Source: a virus
Lineage: Duplodnaviria > Caudoviricetes
Virus record (IMG/VR): IMGVR_UViG_3300010206_000044
Location: 1 to 38,986 of that record
Strand: one strand, 5' to 3'
Length of the DNA: 38,986 nucleotides
Under the pieces are notes generated by a model. The model searched no databases. It was not told where the DNA came from and saw only the letters and a list, made by a program, of their open reading frames with translations. Positions 16,806 to 26,932 of this stretch are shown here, piece after piece; position 1 is the stretch's first letter; each line of letters opens with the position of its first letter. The translations under genes were made by a program, and so were the position numbers.

Positions 16806-18341
16806 CTACATTTTTTTAGAATTCATTTTTTTTACTGATTCAAAACCACCCGGAGCATCTACCGCCTCCATTTCTTTTAGTTTGTGTACTCCGCCTTCCA
16901 CCATATCCGGGCCGTCAAGTTTCTTTTGTTTGCGACTCGCATTTTTGAACTGTGCTTTTAGTCGCATCATATGTGGTTCGTCGGCATACTTTTCATTAAA
17001 TATCAGGTGTCCGAGCCTGTTAATAGGTTCAAGCGTACCTTCAATACGACTCCATTTTTCAGGCTTATCGCGTTCGTCAGGGCTAATTGGCAGAAATACA
17101 CCTGTTGCGTTAGCCTGTTGATATATAAGCGGTAAAAATACCTGCTCATAGAATGGGTTTTGAAGTGTATTATTTTCGATAAATACACGTACAGTATCAA
17201 CTCCCTGAGATTTGCACCATGTATAAAATTCAAATAGATAAGCAATAAATTTGGCATTGCTCATTGTATCGACAGCACACCGAACCACATAATTATCAAA
17301 CCCTTTTTTTGCAATTATACCAATGGCTTTGTCAGAACCTGACGTTTTATCTTTGTTACTGGTTGCAGGGTCGGCATATATTACAATTGAACATCTATTC
17401 AATGGTGGTACTTTTCCGTCGCGTAAATCTTTAAAGGTATCACCGCCATCCATTGGATTGTTGAAATACTCTTTTTGTGCAGATTCGTAGCTAATAAGAG
17501 AAAGAACACGGTCAATGTCTGCTTCAGTGTTTTTTTGTGGCCACGTTGACTTTCCATCCTTATCGCGTATGTTTACAATTTCAAACACATCGGCTTTTTC
17601 TCCTAACTTTTTCACTACACAATTGTCGTGAATGATATTGCCGTTTACAACTATGCGCAGCGCATTTGAAATAGATCGTGTAGCAAATAACGCCTGTTCT
17701 ATCCATGCGAATTTTTGCTTCTGAATGTCTTCGTTACGGCATTCTTCGTCCGTGTCTATATCATCAATGGTGATTGAGTCTGGTCTGAAATTGTCGTTGC
17801 GCGTACCACGTGGAGATTCACCCCAGCCCAATGCCCTGAAAGAACATCCCTTTTTAATAGTAAACTCGTCGGCATTCCAACTTCCGAAACGTTCCTGACT
17901 TCCATAATCATTGATTAACCTTTGATTGCTTTCAAAACAAGCTTTATATGGCAATAAAAGTCTTTCAGCATTTTTATGTGAGTTAGACACTAATAGCTTG
18001 TTTCGTATTTTTCCGGTAACAGCAAGTTTTATGTCTTCCATCATTCCGCGTGCTGATTTTGCAAGCTCACGACTCCATGCCCGAACAATAAATATTTCGG
18101 GTGTAGTCATTACCTTTTTGGTTGACCGCTTGTGAAAATCGGCAGGTTCTGAGCTGTAGAAGTTTGGGAAGTAGTATTTAAACCATTCCTCATCATTTGC
18201 TTCAAGTCGTTTAATGCGCTTAACCTTATCCGACGGCGTTTCATTCAGGTCAACAGGAGTTGCTTTTTTGAAGTTATCCCGGAACGATTGCCACGCTTTC
18301 AGATATTCCGCATCAGATGCTACGCTTATTCCTTTTGCCAT
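16806..18341 (-). CDS. Terminase large subunit
   Basis: SRELAKS (Walker A-like), 'RPDSITIDDID', nuclease 'YADPA' and 'DGPD'. Confidence 0.88.
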   Translation of the reverse strand: MAKGISVASDAEYLKAWQSFRDNFKKATPVDLNETPSDKVKRIKRLEANDEEWFKYYFPNFYSSEPADFHKRSTKKVMTTPEIFIVRAWSRELAKSARGMMEDIKLAVTGKIRNKLLVSNSHKNAERLLLPYKACFESNQRLINDYGSQERFGSWNADEFTIKKGCSFRALGWGESPRGTRNDNFRPDSITIDDIDTDEECRNEDIQKQKFAWIEQALFATRSISNALRIVVNGNIIHDNCVVKKLGEKADVFEIVNIRDKDGKSTWPQKNTEADIDRVLSLISYESAQKEYFNNPMDGGDTFKDLRDGKVPPLNRCSIVIYADPATSNKDKTSGSDKAIGIIAKKGFDNYVVRCAVDTMSNAKFIAYLFEFYTWCKSQGVDTVRVFIENNTLQNPFYEQVFLPLIYQQANATGVFLPISPDERDKPEKWSRIEGTLEPINRLGHLIFNEKYADEPHMMRLKAQFKNASRKQKKLDGPDMVEGGVHKLKEMEAVDAPGGFESVKKMNSKKM

Positions 18342-18781
18342 TTTTGTTTCTCAATTTGGTGGTTTATGAATAAGTCGAAGTATTCGTTTGCTTTTTGGGC
18401 GAACTCAAAATCAATGTCACGACAAAAAGTGACAAAGTCGCGAGCAATAGTGGTGGTTTGGCCGATATTGTATTTGCGTTCCAAATCGGCAATATCGCGT
18501 ATCAATTTACGGCGCACATCTGCCTCCTTTGAATTAGGGAAGCGCATAGTAATATCACGACTTTTAATCATTTTATTGAATGCCGCTAATTCATCGTACA
18601 ACTCTGATAGTCTTTCGGACTTTGAGTTGACTAAGTTTTTTTTCAGATTGTCCCAGTGGTCTAATCCTGCCCACTTGCTAATTGTTGGTTCTGATACTTT
18701 AATCTTGCCTGCTATCTCTTTTTGAGTATATCCCTGCATGAAAAGCACCTTCGCCACTTCGCGTAATTCCGTTTTTGCCAT
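18326..18781 (-). CDS. Terminase small subunit-like HTH protein
   Basis: 'TQKEIAGKIKVSEPTISKW' HTH; overlaps the TerL start. Confidence 0.75.
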   Translation of the reverse strand: MAKTELREVAKVLFMQGYTQKEIAGKIKVSEPTISKWAGLDHWDNLKKNLVNSKSERLSELYDELAAFNKMIKSRDITMRFPNSKEADVRRKLIRDIADLERKYNIGQTTTIARDFVTFCRDIDFEFAQKANEYFDLFINHQIEKQKWQKE

Positions 18782-18961
18782 TTTGACGTATTGTTTGTGG
18801 TGCAAAATTGCGCTTAAAATGCCCTATATAAAAATATATCTGACAAAATGACCGAACTTTTTTGTGTGGTTGAATTTATAATGGATTTTTGCAACTCAAT
18901 CGATGTGTGACACGCTGTCATGACAAAAAAATAAAACATAACTTATATGAAAAAATGATCA

Positions 18962-19894
18962 ATGGCTCTAAAGAAAATTGACAAAGAATATTGCCTGACT
19001 GATAACTCGGTAAATGTGTACGGGTACAGATGTTTGACTGAGGGATTTCAGGCTGACAGGTTTAAGCCGGCTATAGGACTGTTGATGCATAATCGCGAAC
19101 GTGGAGTAGCTGTAAAGTGGGAAGATTTGCGTGTTGATGGCGATAAGTTATGGGGCAAACCGGTGGTGAATACAACTGCATTTCCTGACTTGGCTCAACA
19201 AATAGAAGATGGTTTTTATGACGGTGCCAGTTGTGGAAAAATAGTAGCTCTTGAATGGAGTGATGAGCCTGAAATGAAAATTGAAGGGCAAACCGGAATT
19301 ACAGTTACAAAATGGTTCCCCCGCGAAATTTCGATAGTTGACATACCAGGTAACTATAACGCGTTGGCCAACCTATATGACGAAGCCGACAATGTGCTTA
19401 TGGATTTGAGTGATAACAAACAAGTTTTTAATAATAATCAAAATCAAAACGAAATGCCAGAATTGAATTTAACGGCAGAACAAAAGAAACTGCTCGATTT
19501 GAAAGATGATGCAACTCCTGAACATGTGGGTGTTGTGTTAGCCGATTTGGTAGACAAAGCAAAAAGAACTGACAAAGCCGAAAAGGATTTGGCGGACCTG
19601 AAAGCAGAAACTACCGGAAAGGAAGTTGAAGCCATCCTTACCAAAGGAATGGACGATAAAAAGTTGACTAAAGACTTAGCCGACAAACTGCGCGTAACTT
19701 ACAAGGGAAATCCTGAAGGTTTGAAAGACCTTGTAGATGCTATGCCTGCACAGCAGATCATCGACACCAAAGAAGGTGAAGATGTTCCTGAAAAGTACAA
19801 AGGCAAATCGTTTAACGATTTGTATGTTACCGGCGACTTGGCCGATGTGAAAGCTAACTATCCTGAATTTTACAAAACCCTCAAAAAACAATAA
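18962..19894 (+). CDS. Prohead protease/scaffold (Mu I/Z-like); possible internal scaffold start at 19454
   Basis: 'LLMHNR', 'EISIVDIPGN'; helical acidic C-terminal half beginning MPELNL; upstream of the capsid gene. Confidence 0.8.
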   Translation: MALKKIDKEYCLTDNSVNVYGYRCLTEGFQADRFKPAIGLLMHNRERGVAVKWEDLRVDGDKLWGKPVVNTTAFPDLAQQIEDGFYDGASCGKIVALEWSDEPEMKIEGQTGITVTKWFPREISIVDIPGNYNALANLYDEADNVLMDLSDNKQVFNNNQNQNEMPELNLTAEQKKLLDLKDDATPEHVGVVLADLVDKAKRTDKAEKDLADLKAETTGKEVEAILTKGMDDKKLTKDLADKLRVTYKGNPEGLKDLVDAMPAQQIIDTKEGEDVPEKYKGKSFNDLYVTGDLADVKANYPEFYKTLKKQ

Positions 19895-19900
19895 TAAGCT

Positions 19901-20875
19901 ATGGCTATTAATGCAGGCGCTATCAGCGCAATCCCTGTTGAAATTTTTGCGTCGTACATCGTTGAGAAACTTCGCAAAACCAACCCTCACCTGCAATATG
20001 CAGTTGATGAATCAAGTTCGGTACTTGGTGGCTCTGTGGTTCATATTCCACAGGCAGGTAATTCTCCATCGGTTGTAAAGAATCGTTCATCGTTCCCGGC
20101 TACTGCCGTTCAGCGTGGTGATTCTCATATCACTTATGCATTGGATGTATTTACCACTGATCCTACTCATGTTACCTGGCACGAAGAAAACGAAAACAGT
20201 TATGATAAAACTGATTCAGTACTGAATGATCATGTGGCAACTTTAGCCGAAAGTGTAGGTGATTGGATGATTTATGCATGGGTTCATGGATTAAAATTGA
20301 ATACAGGTACCGGAGCTTACGAAGCTGCCAATATCCCGACTGCCAATATCATTTCCACCACAGGTGCTGATACTGCTGTAAATGCAGAGGACGGACAGAC
20401 CGGAACCCGTAAGGCATTCACTTATAAAGAACTTCAGAAAGCTCAGGCAATGATGAATAAAGCGGGTGTGCCTAAAGAAAATCGTTTTGCCATGATTGAA
20501 AGCTACCAATATCAGCAATTAATTGACTCAATGAGTGCTAACCAAATGGCTGCATTCCAACAGGGTGCCGATCTTGCCAATGGTGTAGTTGGACAATTTG
20601 CCGGATTCAAAATTATGGAGCGCGCCAGCGTATTGGCATTCACTTCGGCAGGTGTTATTCAAACTCCGGGAGCTGCGCTGAACGCAACCGATAACCTTGG
20701 TTCGCTTTGTTGGCAACAGAACTCTGTAGCAAAAGCAGCCGGTGATACCAAACCATTCCAAACTATCGATGATCCACAATACTACGGTGACATTTTCAGC
20801 GCATTGGTGAAAATGGGTGGTCGTTGTCGTCGTCAGGACTGGAAAGGTGTGATTGTGATTCGTCAGGCTGCATAA
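19901..20875 (+). CDS. Major capsid protein
   Basis: 324 aa after the protease; 'GSVVHIPQAG', 'GVVGQFAGFKI'. Confidence 0.82.
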   Translation: MAINAGAISAIPVEIFASYIVEKLRKTNPHLQYAVDESSSVLGGSVVHIPQAGNSPSVVKNRSSFPATAVQRGDSHITYALDVFTTDPTHVTWHEENENSYDKTDSVLNDHVATLAESVGDWMIYAWVHGLKLNTGTGAYEAANIPTANIISTTGADTAVNAEDGQTGTRKAFTYKELQKAQAMMNKAGVPKENRFAMIESYQYQQLIDSMSANQMAAFQQGADLANGVVGQFAGFKIMERASVLAFTSAGVIQTPGAALNATDNLGSLCWQQNSVAKAAGDTKPFQTIDDPQYYGDIFSALVKMGGRCRRQDWKGVIVIRQAA

Positions 20876-20895
20876 AATAAAAACCCGTGTGTGTT

Positions 20896-20944
20896 GAAAC
20901 GGACTCCGATCGCTTTTCGGAGTGTACGAGTCCGTTTCTTGTTT
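20896..20944 (+). terminator. Stem-loop/terminator after the capsid gene
   Basis: GAAACGGACTC (20896-20906) / GAGTCCGTTTC (20928-20938) followed by TTGTTT. Confidence 0.6.
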
Positions 20945-20969
20945 AATCAACTTTTAAATGTTTTTTAAA

Positions 20970-21386
20970 ATGCGTAAAATTGACAAAATAATCATTCATT
21001 GTACTGCCACTCCTGAAAGTAGAGTTACTACGGTAGCTGATGTTACGGCATGGCACAAACAAAGAGGTTTCAATACAATTGGTTACCATTGGCTTATTGG
21101 GCTTAATGGTGAAGTTTGGAAAGGAAGGGATGAAAGTGTTGTCGGAGCGCATTGCGAAGGTAAAAATGCAACAAGCATAGGTATATGCTATGTTGGTGGT
21201 TTGGCTAAAGATGGTAAAACGGCAAAAGACACACGTACTCCTGCTCAGAATGCTTCATTATTGAAGTTGGTCAAAGAATTAAAAGTAAAATATCCACATG
21301 TTACTATTAACGGACATAATGAATTTGCAAAAAAAGCATGTCCGAGTTTCAATGTTAAAGCGTGGTGTAAAAATTCAGAATTATGA
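20970..21386 (+). CDS. Endolysin, N-acetylmuramoyl-L-alanine amidase (T7 lysozyme-like)
   Basis: IIIHCTAT, IGYHW, GAHC, SIGICYVGG, GHNEF..KACPSF. Confidence 0.93.
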   Translation: MRKIDKIIIHCTATPESRVTTVADVTAWHKQRGFNTIGYHWLIGLNGEVWKGRDESVVGAHCEGKNATSIGICYVGGLAKDGKTAKDTRTPAQNASLLKLVKELKVKYPHVTINGHNEFAKKACPSFNVKAWCKNSEL

Positions 21387-21760
21387 GTTTGTTTGATATT
21401 TTAAGCCTCATATTTAATGTTTTGTTAGGTGGTGGTTTGCTTGGAACTATTGTCTCTTTAAAAGCTCAAAAAAATAAAGCAAATGCTGAAGCAAAAGGAG
21501 CTGAAGCAAATGCGGAAAGTACTGAGCTTGATAATGTTGATAAAGCGGTAAAGATTTGGCGTGATTTAGCCGAAAATATGGAACTTCGTAATAAGGAGCT
21601 TCAAAAAAATTATGAAGAATTATTAACTGAAGTTCGTTCTTTGCGTCAGGAGGTTCGAAAACAAAATTCAACCATAAACAAAATTCTTAAAATACTTGAT
21701 TCGATAGATCACGACAATTTAGAACAAAAAGTACAGGAAGCAAAAGACATAGCATCATGA
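21383..21760 (+). CDS. Holin-like membrane protein with coiled coil
   Basis: N-terminal transmembrane segment; position in the lysis cassette. Confidence 0.5.
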   Translation: MSLFDILSLIFNVLLGGGLLGTIVSLKAQKNKANAEAKGAEANAESTELDNVDKAVKIWRDLAENMELRNKELQKNYEELLTEVRSLRQEVRKQNSTINKILKILDSIDHDNLEQKVQEAKDIAS

Positions 21761-21829
21761 TAAAGGTAATTTATTGTATTGGCGTTGATTGTATAGGTCA
21801 GCCAATTTACACAACTCATTTTATTTAGT

Positions 21830-22312
21830 ATGAAAAAGATAGTATTTTTTTTTGTTGTTTTAGTTGTTTTTGTTTCCGGGTGTCGGACGCTACGGCCATC
21901 GACACCCGTTGCAAAAGCTAAAGATAGCATTATATATGTTGAAAAATTAGTTCCTGTAATACTGCCTGCCGATAGTACTTATATCGAAGCATTCTTTGAA
22001 TGTGATAGTACTAATCAGGTAATAATGAAAGAACTTACCGAGGCTAAAACAAAGCGAATAACAACAAATACAGCTTTTAAAGGTGGAAAAACTGCAAGTC
22101 TTGTTTATAGGACCAAAACAGTACATGACACAATTTATGTGAAACAGATTCAGAGTTTGCAATATAAAGAAGTGCCTGTGCCATATCCAAAAATTGAAAA
22201 AGTAAATGTATTGCACTGGTGGCAAAAAGTGCTTATGTGGGAAGGTGTGATATTCACTATTCTTTTTCTCATAGCTCTATATCGCAAAATTAAACCATTC
22301 ATAAAATTATAA
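21830..22312 (+). CDS. Lipoprotein, probable unimolecular spanin
   Basis: Lipobox FVSG-C plus C-terminal TM (GVIFTILFLIALY); position in the lysis cassette. Confidence 0.65.
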   Translation: MKKIVFFFVVLVVFVSGCRTLRPSTPVAKAKDSIIYVEKLVPVILPADSTYIEAFFECDSTNQVIMKELTEAKTKRITTNTAFKGGKTASLVYRTKTVHDTIYVKQIQSLQYKEVPVPYPKIEKVNVLHWWQKVLMWEGVIFTILFLIALYRKIKPFIKL

Positions 22313-22314
22313 AA

Positions 22315-22689
22315 ATGGAAAACGAAAAATTAAAAGATTACTTCACCCGATATCCCAACAACGATGAGGTGTTTGAAAACAATGGTGTGTTGTTTCACAA
22401 CCGCGGAGCTGCCGACAGCTTTGGTAATGCCAAAGAAACGGTAAGATATACCAGGGCTAAAGTGATGGATGAAAAAATATCTCCTGAAGGTGGTAACGAT
22501 GATGCCGAAAAACTTGAAGCTGCTAAAACATCTGCTATTGAATTGCTCAAAGCTACCGATGTGGAAACATTGGACTATAACGCAATGAAAGCACTTGCAA
22601 AAGACTTGCAATTGGTTACAGCAGATAAAAAAGCTGAAACGCTGAAAGTAGCATTGGTAGAGTATAAAACCAAATTAACCGCTGAATAA
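22315..22689 (+). CDS. Hypothetical protein upstream of the sheath
   Basis: 124 aa ORF with helical C-terminus. Confidence 0.65.
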   Translation: MENEKLKDYFTRYPNNDEVFENNGVLFHNRGAADSFGNAKETVRYTRAKVMDEKISPEGGNDDAEKLEAAKTSAIELLKATDVETLDYNAMKALAKDLQLVTADKKAETLKVALVEYKTKLTAE

Positions 22690-22690
22690 T

Positions 22691-23833
22691 ATGGCATTCC
22701 CCGGAGTTTCAATAGAAGTAGAAAACGGCAATCTGCAAAGTGCAGTTGCCGTTCTCGATGGCGTTCCTGCTTTGGTTGCAACTGCTAATACTGCCGGTCT
22801 TATCGGTACTGTTACAGCTGTGTACAGTTTACAGGATGCCATTTCAAAAGGTTTTACACTTGCTGCTGAGCCTTTTATTTATGGATTGCTGAAAGTGTAT
22901 TATGATGAACTTGGTGGTAGTCAGTTGCTGTATGTAATGGGGGTAGCCGAAACGGTAACCATGACTGATGTTGTGACTTCTACCAATGCCAGCGGACTTG
23001 TAAAGTTGTTGAATGCTCAAACAGCGGTAAACTTAGTTGCTATTGCACGTAAACCGGTAGCCGGTTACAATGCAGGTAATGCTTTTCTTGACTCAGATGT
23101 AGCCGCCGCTGTTACTGCAAGTAAAACGCTTTTGGCAGCACGTCAAGCTAAAAATATGCCTGTAAGGCTGTTTATTGAAGGCCGTGTTGTTAATGAAAAT
23201 ACAGCAAACGCCTACAGCCCGAATACGGCAACCAACGGTTTTGCAAGTGTGGTGCTTGGTGGCACTACCGCTAATGGTTCTGCTGCTGTTACACTTGCTT
23301 TGGCACGTGCTGTAAAATATCCGGCTCATGTAAAACTTGGCAGTGGCCAAAATGGAGCTTTGTCGGTAAGTTCAATTTATGTAGGAACTAAAAGTATTGA
23401 TTTGCGTACCGATATGGAAACGCTCCACGATGCCGGATTCCTGACATTTCATAAGCGCCCTGGTATTGCTGGTTATTTCTTTGGCCGGGATAATATGTGT
23501 TCGATTGATGATTTCAATATCCTGGTACATGGACGTGTAATTGACAAAGCGCAGCGCATTGCTGCTATTGCCACCACACCGTACATTGAGGACTATATGC
23601 GAATCAATGCTGATGGAACTATCAACGAAAACGATGCTGATTACATGGAGTCGCTTGTGAAAACTGCGATTATGAGTAAAATGAGCGGACAAATTTCGGA
23701 TGTAAAAGTGGTGATCGATACTGCTCAAAACATTGTAGAAAATTCAACATTGAACATTCAGGTGTCAGTGCTTCCGTTAGGTTATCTGACGTGGATCAAT
23801 ATTACTTTAGGTTTAACCACTCAAACAGTTTAA
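22691..23833 (+). CDS. Tail sheath protein (DUF2586-like)
   Basis: 'PGVSIEVENGNL', 'LHDAGFLTF', 'RVIDKAQR'; precedes the tube gene. Confidence 0.85.
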   Translation: MAFPGVSIEVENGNLQSAVAVLDGVPALVATANTAGLIGTVTAVYSLQDAISKGFTLAAEPFIYGLLKVYYDELGGSQLLYVMGVAETVTMTDVVTSTNASGLVKLLNAQTAVNLVAIARKPVAGYNAGNAFLDSDVAAAVTASKTLLAARQAKNMPVRLFIEGRVVNENTANAYSPNTATNGFASVVLGGTTANGSAAVTLALARAVKYPAHVKLGSGQNGALSVSSIYVGTKSIDLRTDMETLHDAGFLTFHKRPGIAGYFFGRDNMCSIDDFNILVHGRVIDKAQRIAAIATTPYIEDYMRINADGTINENDADYMESLVKTAIMSKMSGQISDVKVVIDTAQNIVENSTLNIQVSVLPLGYLTWINITLGLTTQTV

Positions 23834-23837
23834 AATT

Positions 23838-24275
23838 ATGCCAAACGTAAATGTAAGAAGCACAGAATGTGCATGGTTTCATACTGAAGTAAGTATTTTA
23901 GGTCGCGTGATTAAAGGATTGCGCGGTTGGGAATACAAGAAAACAACTGAAAAGGAAGCTCTATACGGAGCCGGTCAACATGCTATCGATATTCAGGAAG
24001 GTAATATTAAATGCGAAGGTAACTTCAAAGTATTAGGTTTTGAGCGTGATGCTTTGAATAAAGCAGCTAACATTGCCGGATATGATGATATTACGGCAGT
24101 TCCTCATGAGGCCATTATTGCCAAAATTGTATATCAGAAGGCTAAGACTGATCCTAAAACCACAGTAACCATTATCGGCTGTTCATTTACTGAAGTGGGT
24201 GGAGCTATGGAACAGGGCGCTAAGATGAGCGAAGTAACTTTGCCATGGTTGGCCATGGATATTGTGACTATTTAA
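23838..24275 (+). CDS. Tail tube protein
   Basis: 145 aa after the sheath; 'KEALYGAG..I..GN..CEG'. Confidence 0.8.
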   Translation: MPNVNVRSTECAWFHTEVSILGRVIKGLRGWEYKKTTEKEALYGAGQHAIDIQEGNIKCEGNFKVLGFERDALNKAANIAGYDDITAVPHEAIIAKIVYQKAKTDPKTTVTIIGCSFTEVGGAMEQGAKMSEVTLPWLAMDIVTI

Positions 24276-24300
24276 TTCATAATTGATAATGCATAATTAA

Positions 24301-24340
24301 AATACAGGCTTTCAGCAAAAGCCGAAAGCCTGTATTATTT
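24301..24340 (+). terminator. 13-bp hairpin after the tube gene
   Basis: AATACAGGCTTTC (24301-24313) / GAAAGCCTGTATT (24324-24336), then ATTTT. Confidence 0.7.
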
Positions 24341-24351
24341 CAAACACACAC

Positions 24352-24687
24352 ATGGAAACAAACACTCAGCCGGAAGCTCCGGCACGCAAATTTGAAACTT
24401 TACAGGATATATTTAAAGATAAGCAGTTCAGAAAATTTCTGAAAGCCGAAATGGAGAAATATATTTCAGCACGTAAAGTATTACCTCCTGAAGGCATGAA
24501 GTACAAACGAAATGCATTTGATACACTGAATGATGCTGAACAGTTTACTGCTAAATATCTGATTGAACAGTTCCCGGACATTGTGATTAAAAAAAGCAAC
24601 CTTCCCGGATCAATACGTCAACTTATTGAAAACATAATGAATGAGTCAATCAGGCTCACTTACAGACATTATAACATCACATTATAA
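24352..24687 (+). CDS. Hypothetical protein
   Basis: 111 aa ORF between tube and chaperone genes. Confidence 0.65.
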   Translation: METNTQPEAPARKFETLQDIFKDKQFRKFLKAEMEKYISARKVLPPEGMKYKRNAFDTLNDAEQFTAKYLIEQFPDIVIKKSNLPGSIRQLIENIMNESIRLTYRHYNITL

Positions 24688-24696
24688 CACACACAC

Positions 24697-25083
24697 ATGA
24701 AAAAAGATTCAAAAGCCGAACAGGCACAAAAAGAACAGGCTGAGAAAGCAGTCCTACAGGAGTTGGAAACTCAACTTTCTGAGAAATTTGGTGCAAAGTA
24801 CCAGGAGCTCAAAAAACTGTATGCACCCCGCAAACTGAACGTAATTAAAGTGGAGGACAAAATCGCTTTGCTTCGCCCGGTTGGAGCCGCTGAAGTATCT
24901 ACTTTCAGCATGATGACTGTTAACCCTGAAATGGGATTGGATAAAGCATCTGAATACCTACTGAACGAATTATGGCTCGAAGGCGATGATGTGATCATCA
25001 ACGATGAGGAATACTTTATCAGTGCTATGCTTCAGCTTCAAAATGTGGTAGAGCTAAAAAAAAGCTCTTTTTACAAAGTTTAG
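24697..25083 (+). CDS. Tail assembly chaperone (G-like)
   Basis: Directly before the tape measure gene; slippery A8G near the 3' end. Confidence 0.8.
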   Translation: MKKDSKAEQAQKEQAEKAVLQELETQLSEKFGAKYQELKKLYAPRKLNVIKVEDKIALLRPVGAAEVSTFSMMTVNPEMGLDKASEYLLNELWLEGDDVIINDEEYFISAMLQLQNVVELKKSSFYKV

Positions 25084-25241
25084 AAAAGGGTAAAGCGTCA
25101 AAGCACGATTTAGAAACAAATACAGTTTTCGGGCTGATGTGGTTTGGTTCTGAAGCTTTGAAATGGCCGGAAGAGGTTTTTTATTACAGAACAGGAATAG
25201 CCCTGAAATTATGGGAAAAAGGAGTTGGTAAATCATTATGA
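25056..25241 (+). other. -1 frameshift site and GT-like extension
   Basis: A8G at 25056-25064; -1 frame open for 59 codons (KLFLQSLEKG...WEKGVGKSL) to TGA 25239-25241, overlapping the tape measure ATG. Confidence 0.8.
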
Positions 25242-26932
25242 ATATAGTTGAATTTGCATTAAAGTTTAAAGATTTAGCGAGTAGTGAACTGGGAAAGTTC
25301 GGTACTCAGGCTAAACGCACATTCGATAATGCAGGTAGATTAACCAACGACTTAACCGGAAAGAACAAAATACTCGGTAGCAGTTACGATGTACTTCAGC
25401 AAAAAATACGTCAGGTTGAGAGCGTAATCCGCACATCTACTATACCGAGCCAAATACGCGAAGCCCGGCGCGAACTGGCCGCACTGCAACGGCAGTCGGT
25501 CAGACATCCGGGTAATATATCTTTTGGTGGTGGAAGTTCAAGAGGCGGAGGCTTTATGTCCGGAGCTTTAGGTATGGCAGGAATGGCAAAGTTTGCCGGC
25601 CCGGCTGCGTTGCTTGGAGTAGGTATGGCTGCCGGTCGGTTTTTTGGGGAATCATTCAATAAAGGGCTAGAGCGGCAACAAATAAAAACCACTTTCAATG
25701 TACTTGCAGGTAGCGAAGCTGCAGGTGGTAAATTGACACAACAGTTGGTTGATCTTGAAACAAAAACAATTCTTGGTAGCGAAGTATTTAAAAATGCTCA
25801 AACCATGATGGGTTTTGGTTTTAAAGATACCGAAGTGCTTAGCAATATGAAAATGCTTGGCGATATAAGTATGGGTAATGCCGACAGGCTTGGAATGCTT
25901 ACACTTGCATTTTCGCAGTCGAGAGCTGCCGGTAAACTTATGGGTCAGGATTTACTTCAGTTTGTCAATGCCGGGTTCAATCCTCTTGAATATATGGTGA
26001 AACGTACCGGTAAAAGCATGATGGAGCTTAGAACTGACATGCAGGAAGGGCGCATCAGTTTCGGAATGGTTCAACAGGCCTTTAAGGATGCAACCAGCGA
26101 GGGCGGAAAGTACAACAATATGCTCGAAACAATAGGTAAAACGCCTGCCGGTATGAGAGCACAGATTCAGGGACAATGGAATAATATAAAAGTCGGATTT
26201 GGTGAAGCTTTTATGCCGTTTATCTCTATGGGACTGAAATTGATTACTGCGCTTATGCCTGTTATCGAAGGGATCATAAAGCCAATGTCAAATGGAATTG
26301 AAATAGCCGCTAAATGGATGAAGTCTTTAACTACCGAAGCTGGAGGGCTTGGCGGTTGGATTGAAATAATAAAGAATAATTTTACTTATGCTGTTTTTCC
26401 GGTTATTAGTAAAATATGGTCATTGTTTACGGATATAGTTGGTTCTGTAATTGAGTTTGTAAGTCAATCAACATTACTAAAAGATATATTTACAGGAATA
26501 TCTTTGATTTTTACCGGTGTAATGGGTGCTGTTGGATTGTTGATTGATGGTTTAAAATGGGTGTTCGACAATGTAGTTATGCCAATACTTAAAGGCATTG
26601 AGTGGGTTTACCGTGCATTTATGGGTAGAGATACCAAAGGTGTATTTACAAAAACAGTAAAAACTGAAGCGGGAAAAACGCTTACTGAAGCAACAAACAC
26701 CGATCTATTAAATAATATATCTCAAAATACAGCTGCTAATGCTGAGGCTTCAAAAGGTACTGAAAAAGCTATTTCCGGAGGTGGCCCGAAAGTGATCAAT
26801 ATCACTGTCCAAAAGTTTTTAGATGCTATTAATATTAATTCAACTACGTTGGAAGCGGGAGTAACCGATATTGAAGGAAAGATACTCGAAATGTTTGCAC
26901 GTGTTGTAAGTCAGGGAGCAGTTGCAATATGA
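25238..26932 (+). CDS. Tape measure protein
   Basis: 'MLGDISMG..RL..LAFSQ..AAGKLMGQDLLQFVNAGFNPL'; Ala/Gly-rich, helical. Confidence 0.92.
   Translation: MNIVEFALKFKDLASSELGKFGTQAKRTFDNAGRLTNDLTGKNKILGSSYDVLQQKIRQVESVIRTSTIPSQIREARRELAALQRQSVRHPGNISFGGGSSRGGGFMSGALGMAGMAKFAGPAALLGVGMAAGRFFGESFNKGLERQQIKTTFNVLAGSEAAGGKLTQQLVDLETKTILGSEVFKNAQTMMGFGFKDTEVLSNMKMLGDISMGNADRLGMLTLAFSQSRAAGKLMGQDLLQFVNAGFNPLEYMVKRTGKSMMELRTDMQEGRISFGMVQQAFKDATSEGGKYNNMLETIGKTPAGMRAQIQGQWNNIKVGFGEAFMPFISMGLKLITALMPVIEGIIKPMSNGIEIAAKWMKSLTTEAGGLGGWIEIIKNNFTYAVFPVISKIWSLFTDIVGSVIEFVSQSTLLKDIFTGISLIFTGVMGAVGLLIDGLKWVFDNVVMPILKGIEWVYRAFMGRDTKGVFTKTVKTEAGKTLTEATNTDLLNNISQNTAANAEASKGTEKAISGGGPKVINITVQKFLDAININSTTLEAGVTDIEGKILEMFARVVSQGAVAI

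Noticed and set aside
12679-18781. Reversed head/terminase block as an invertible segment
   Set aside because: No recombinase or flanking inverted repeats seen; a bidirectional terminator and a divergent intergenic region fit a fixed layout.
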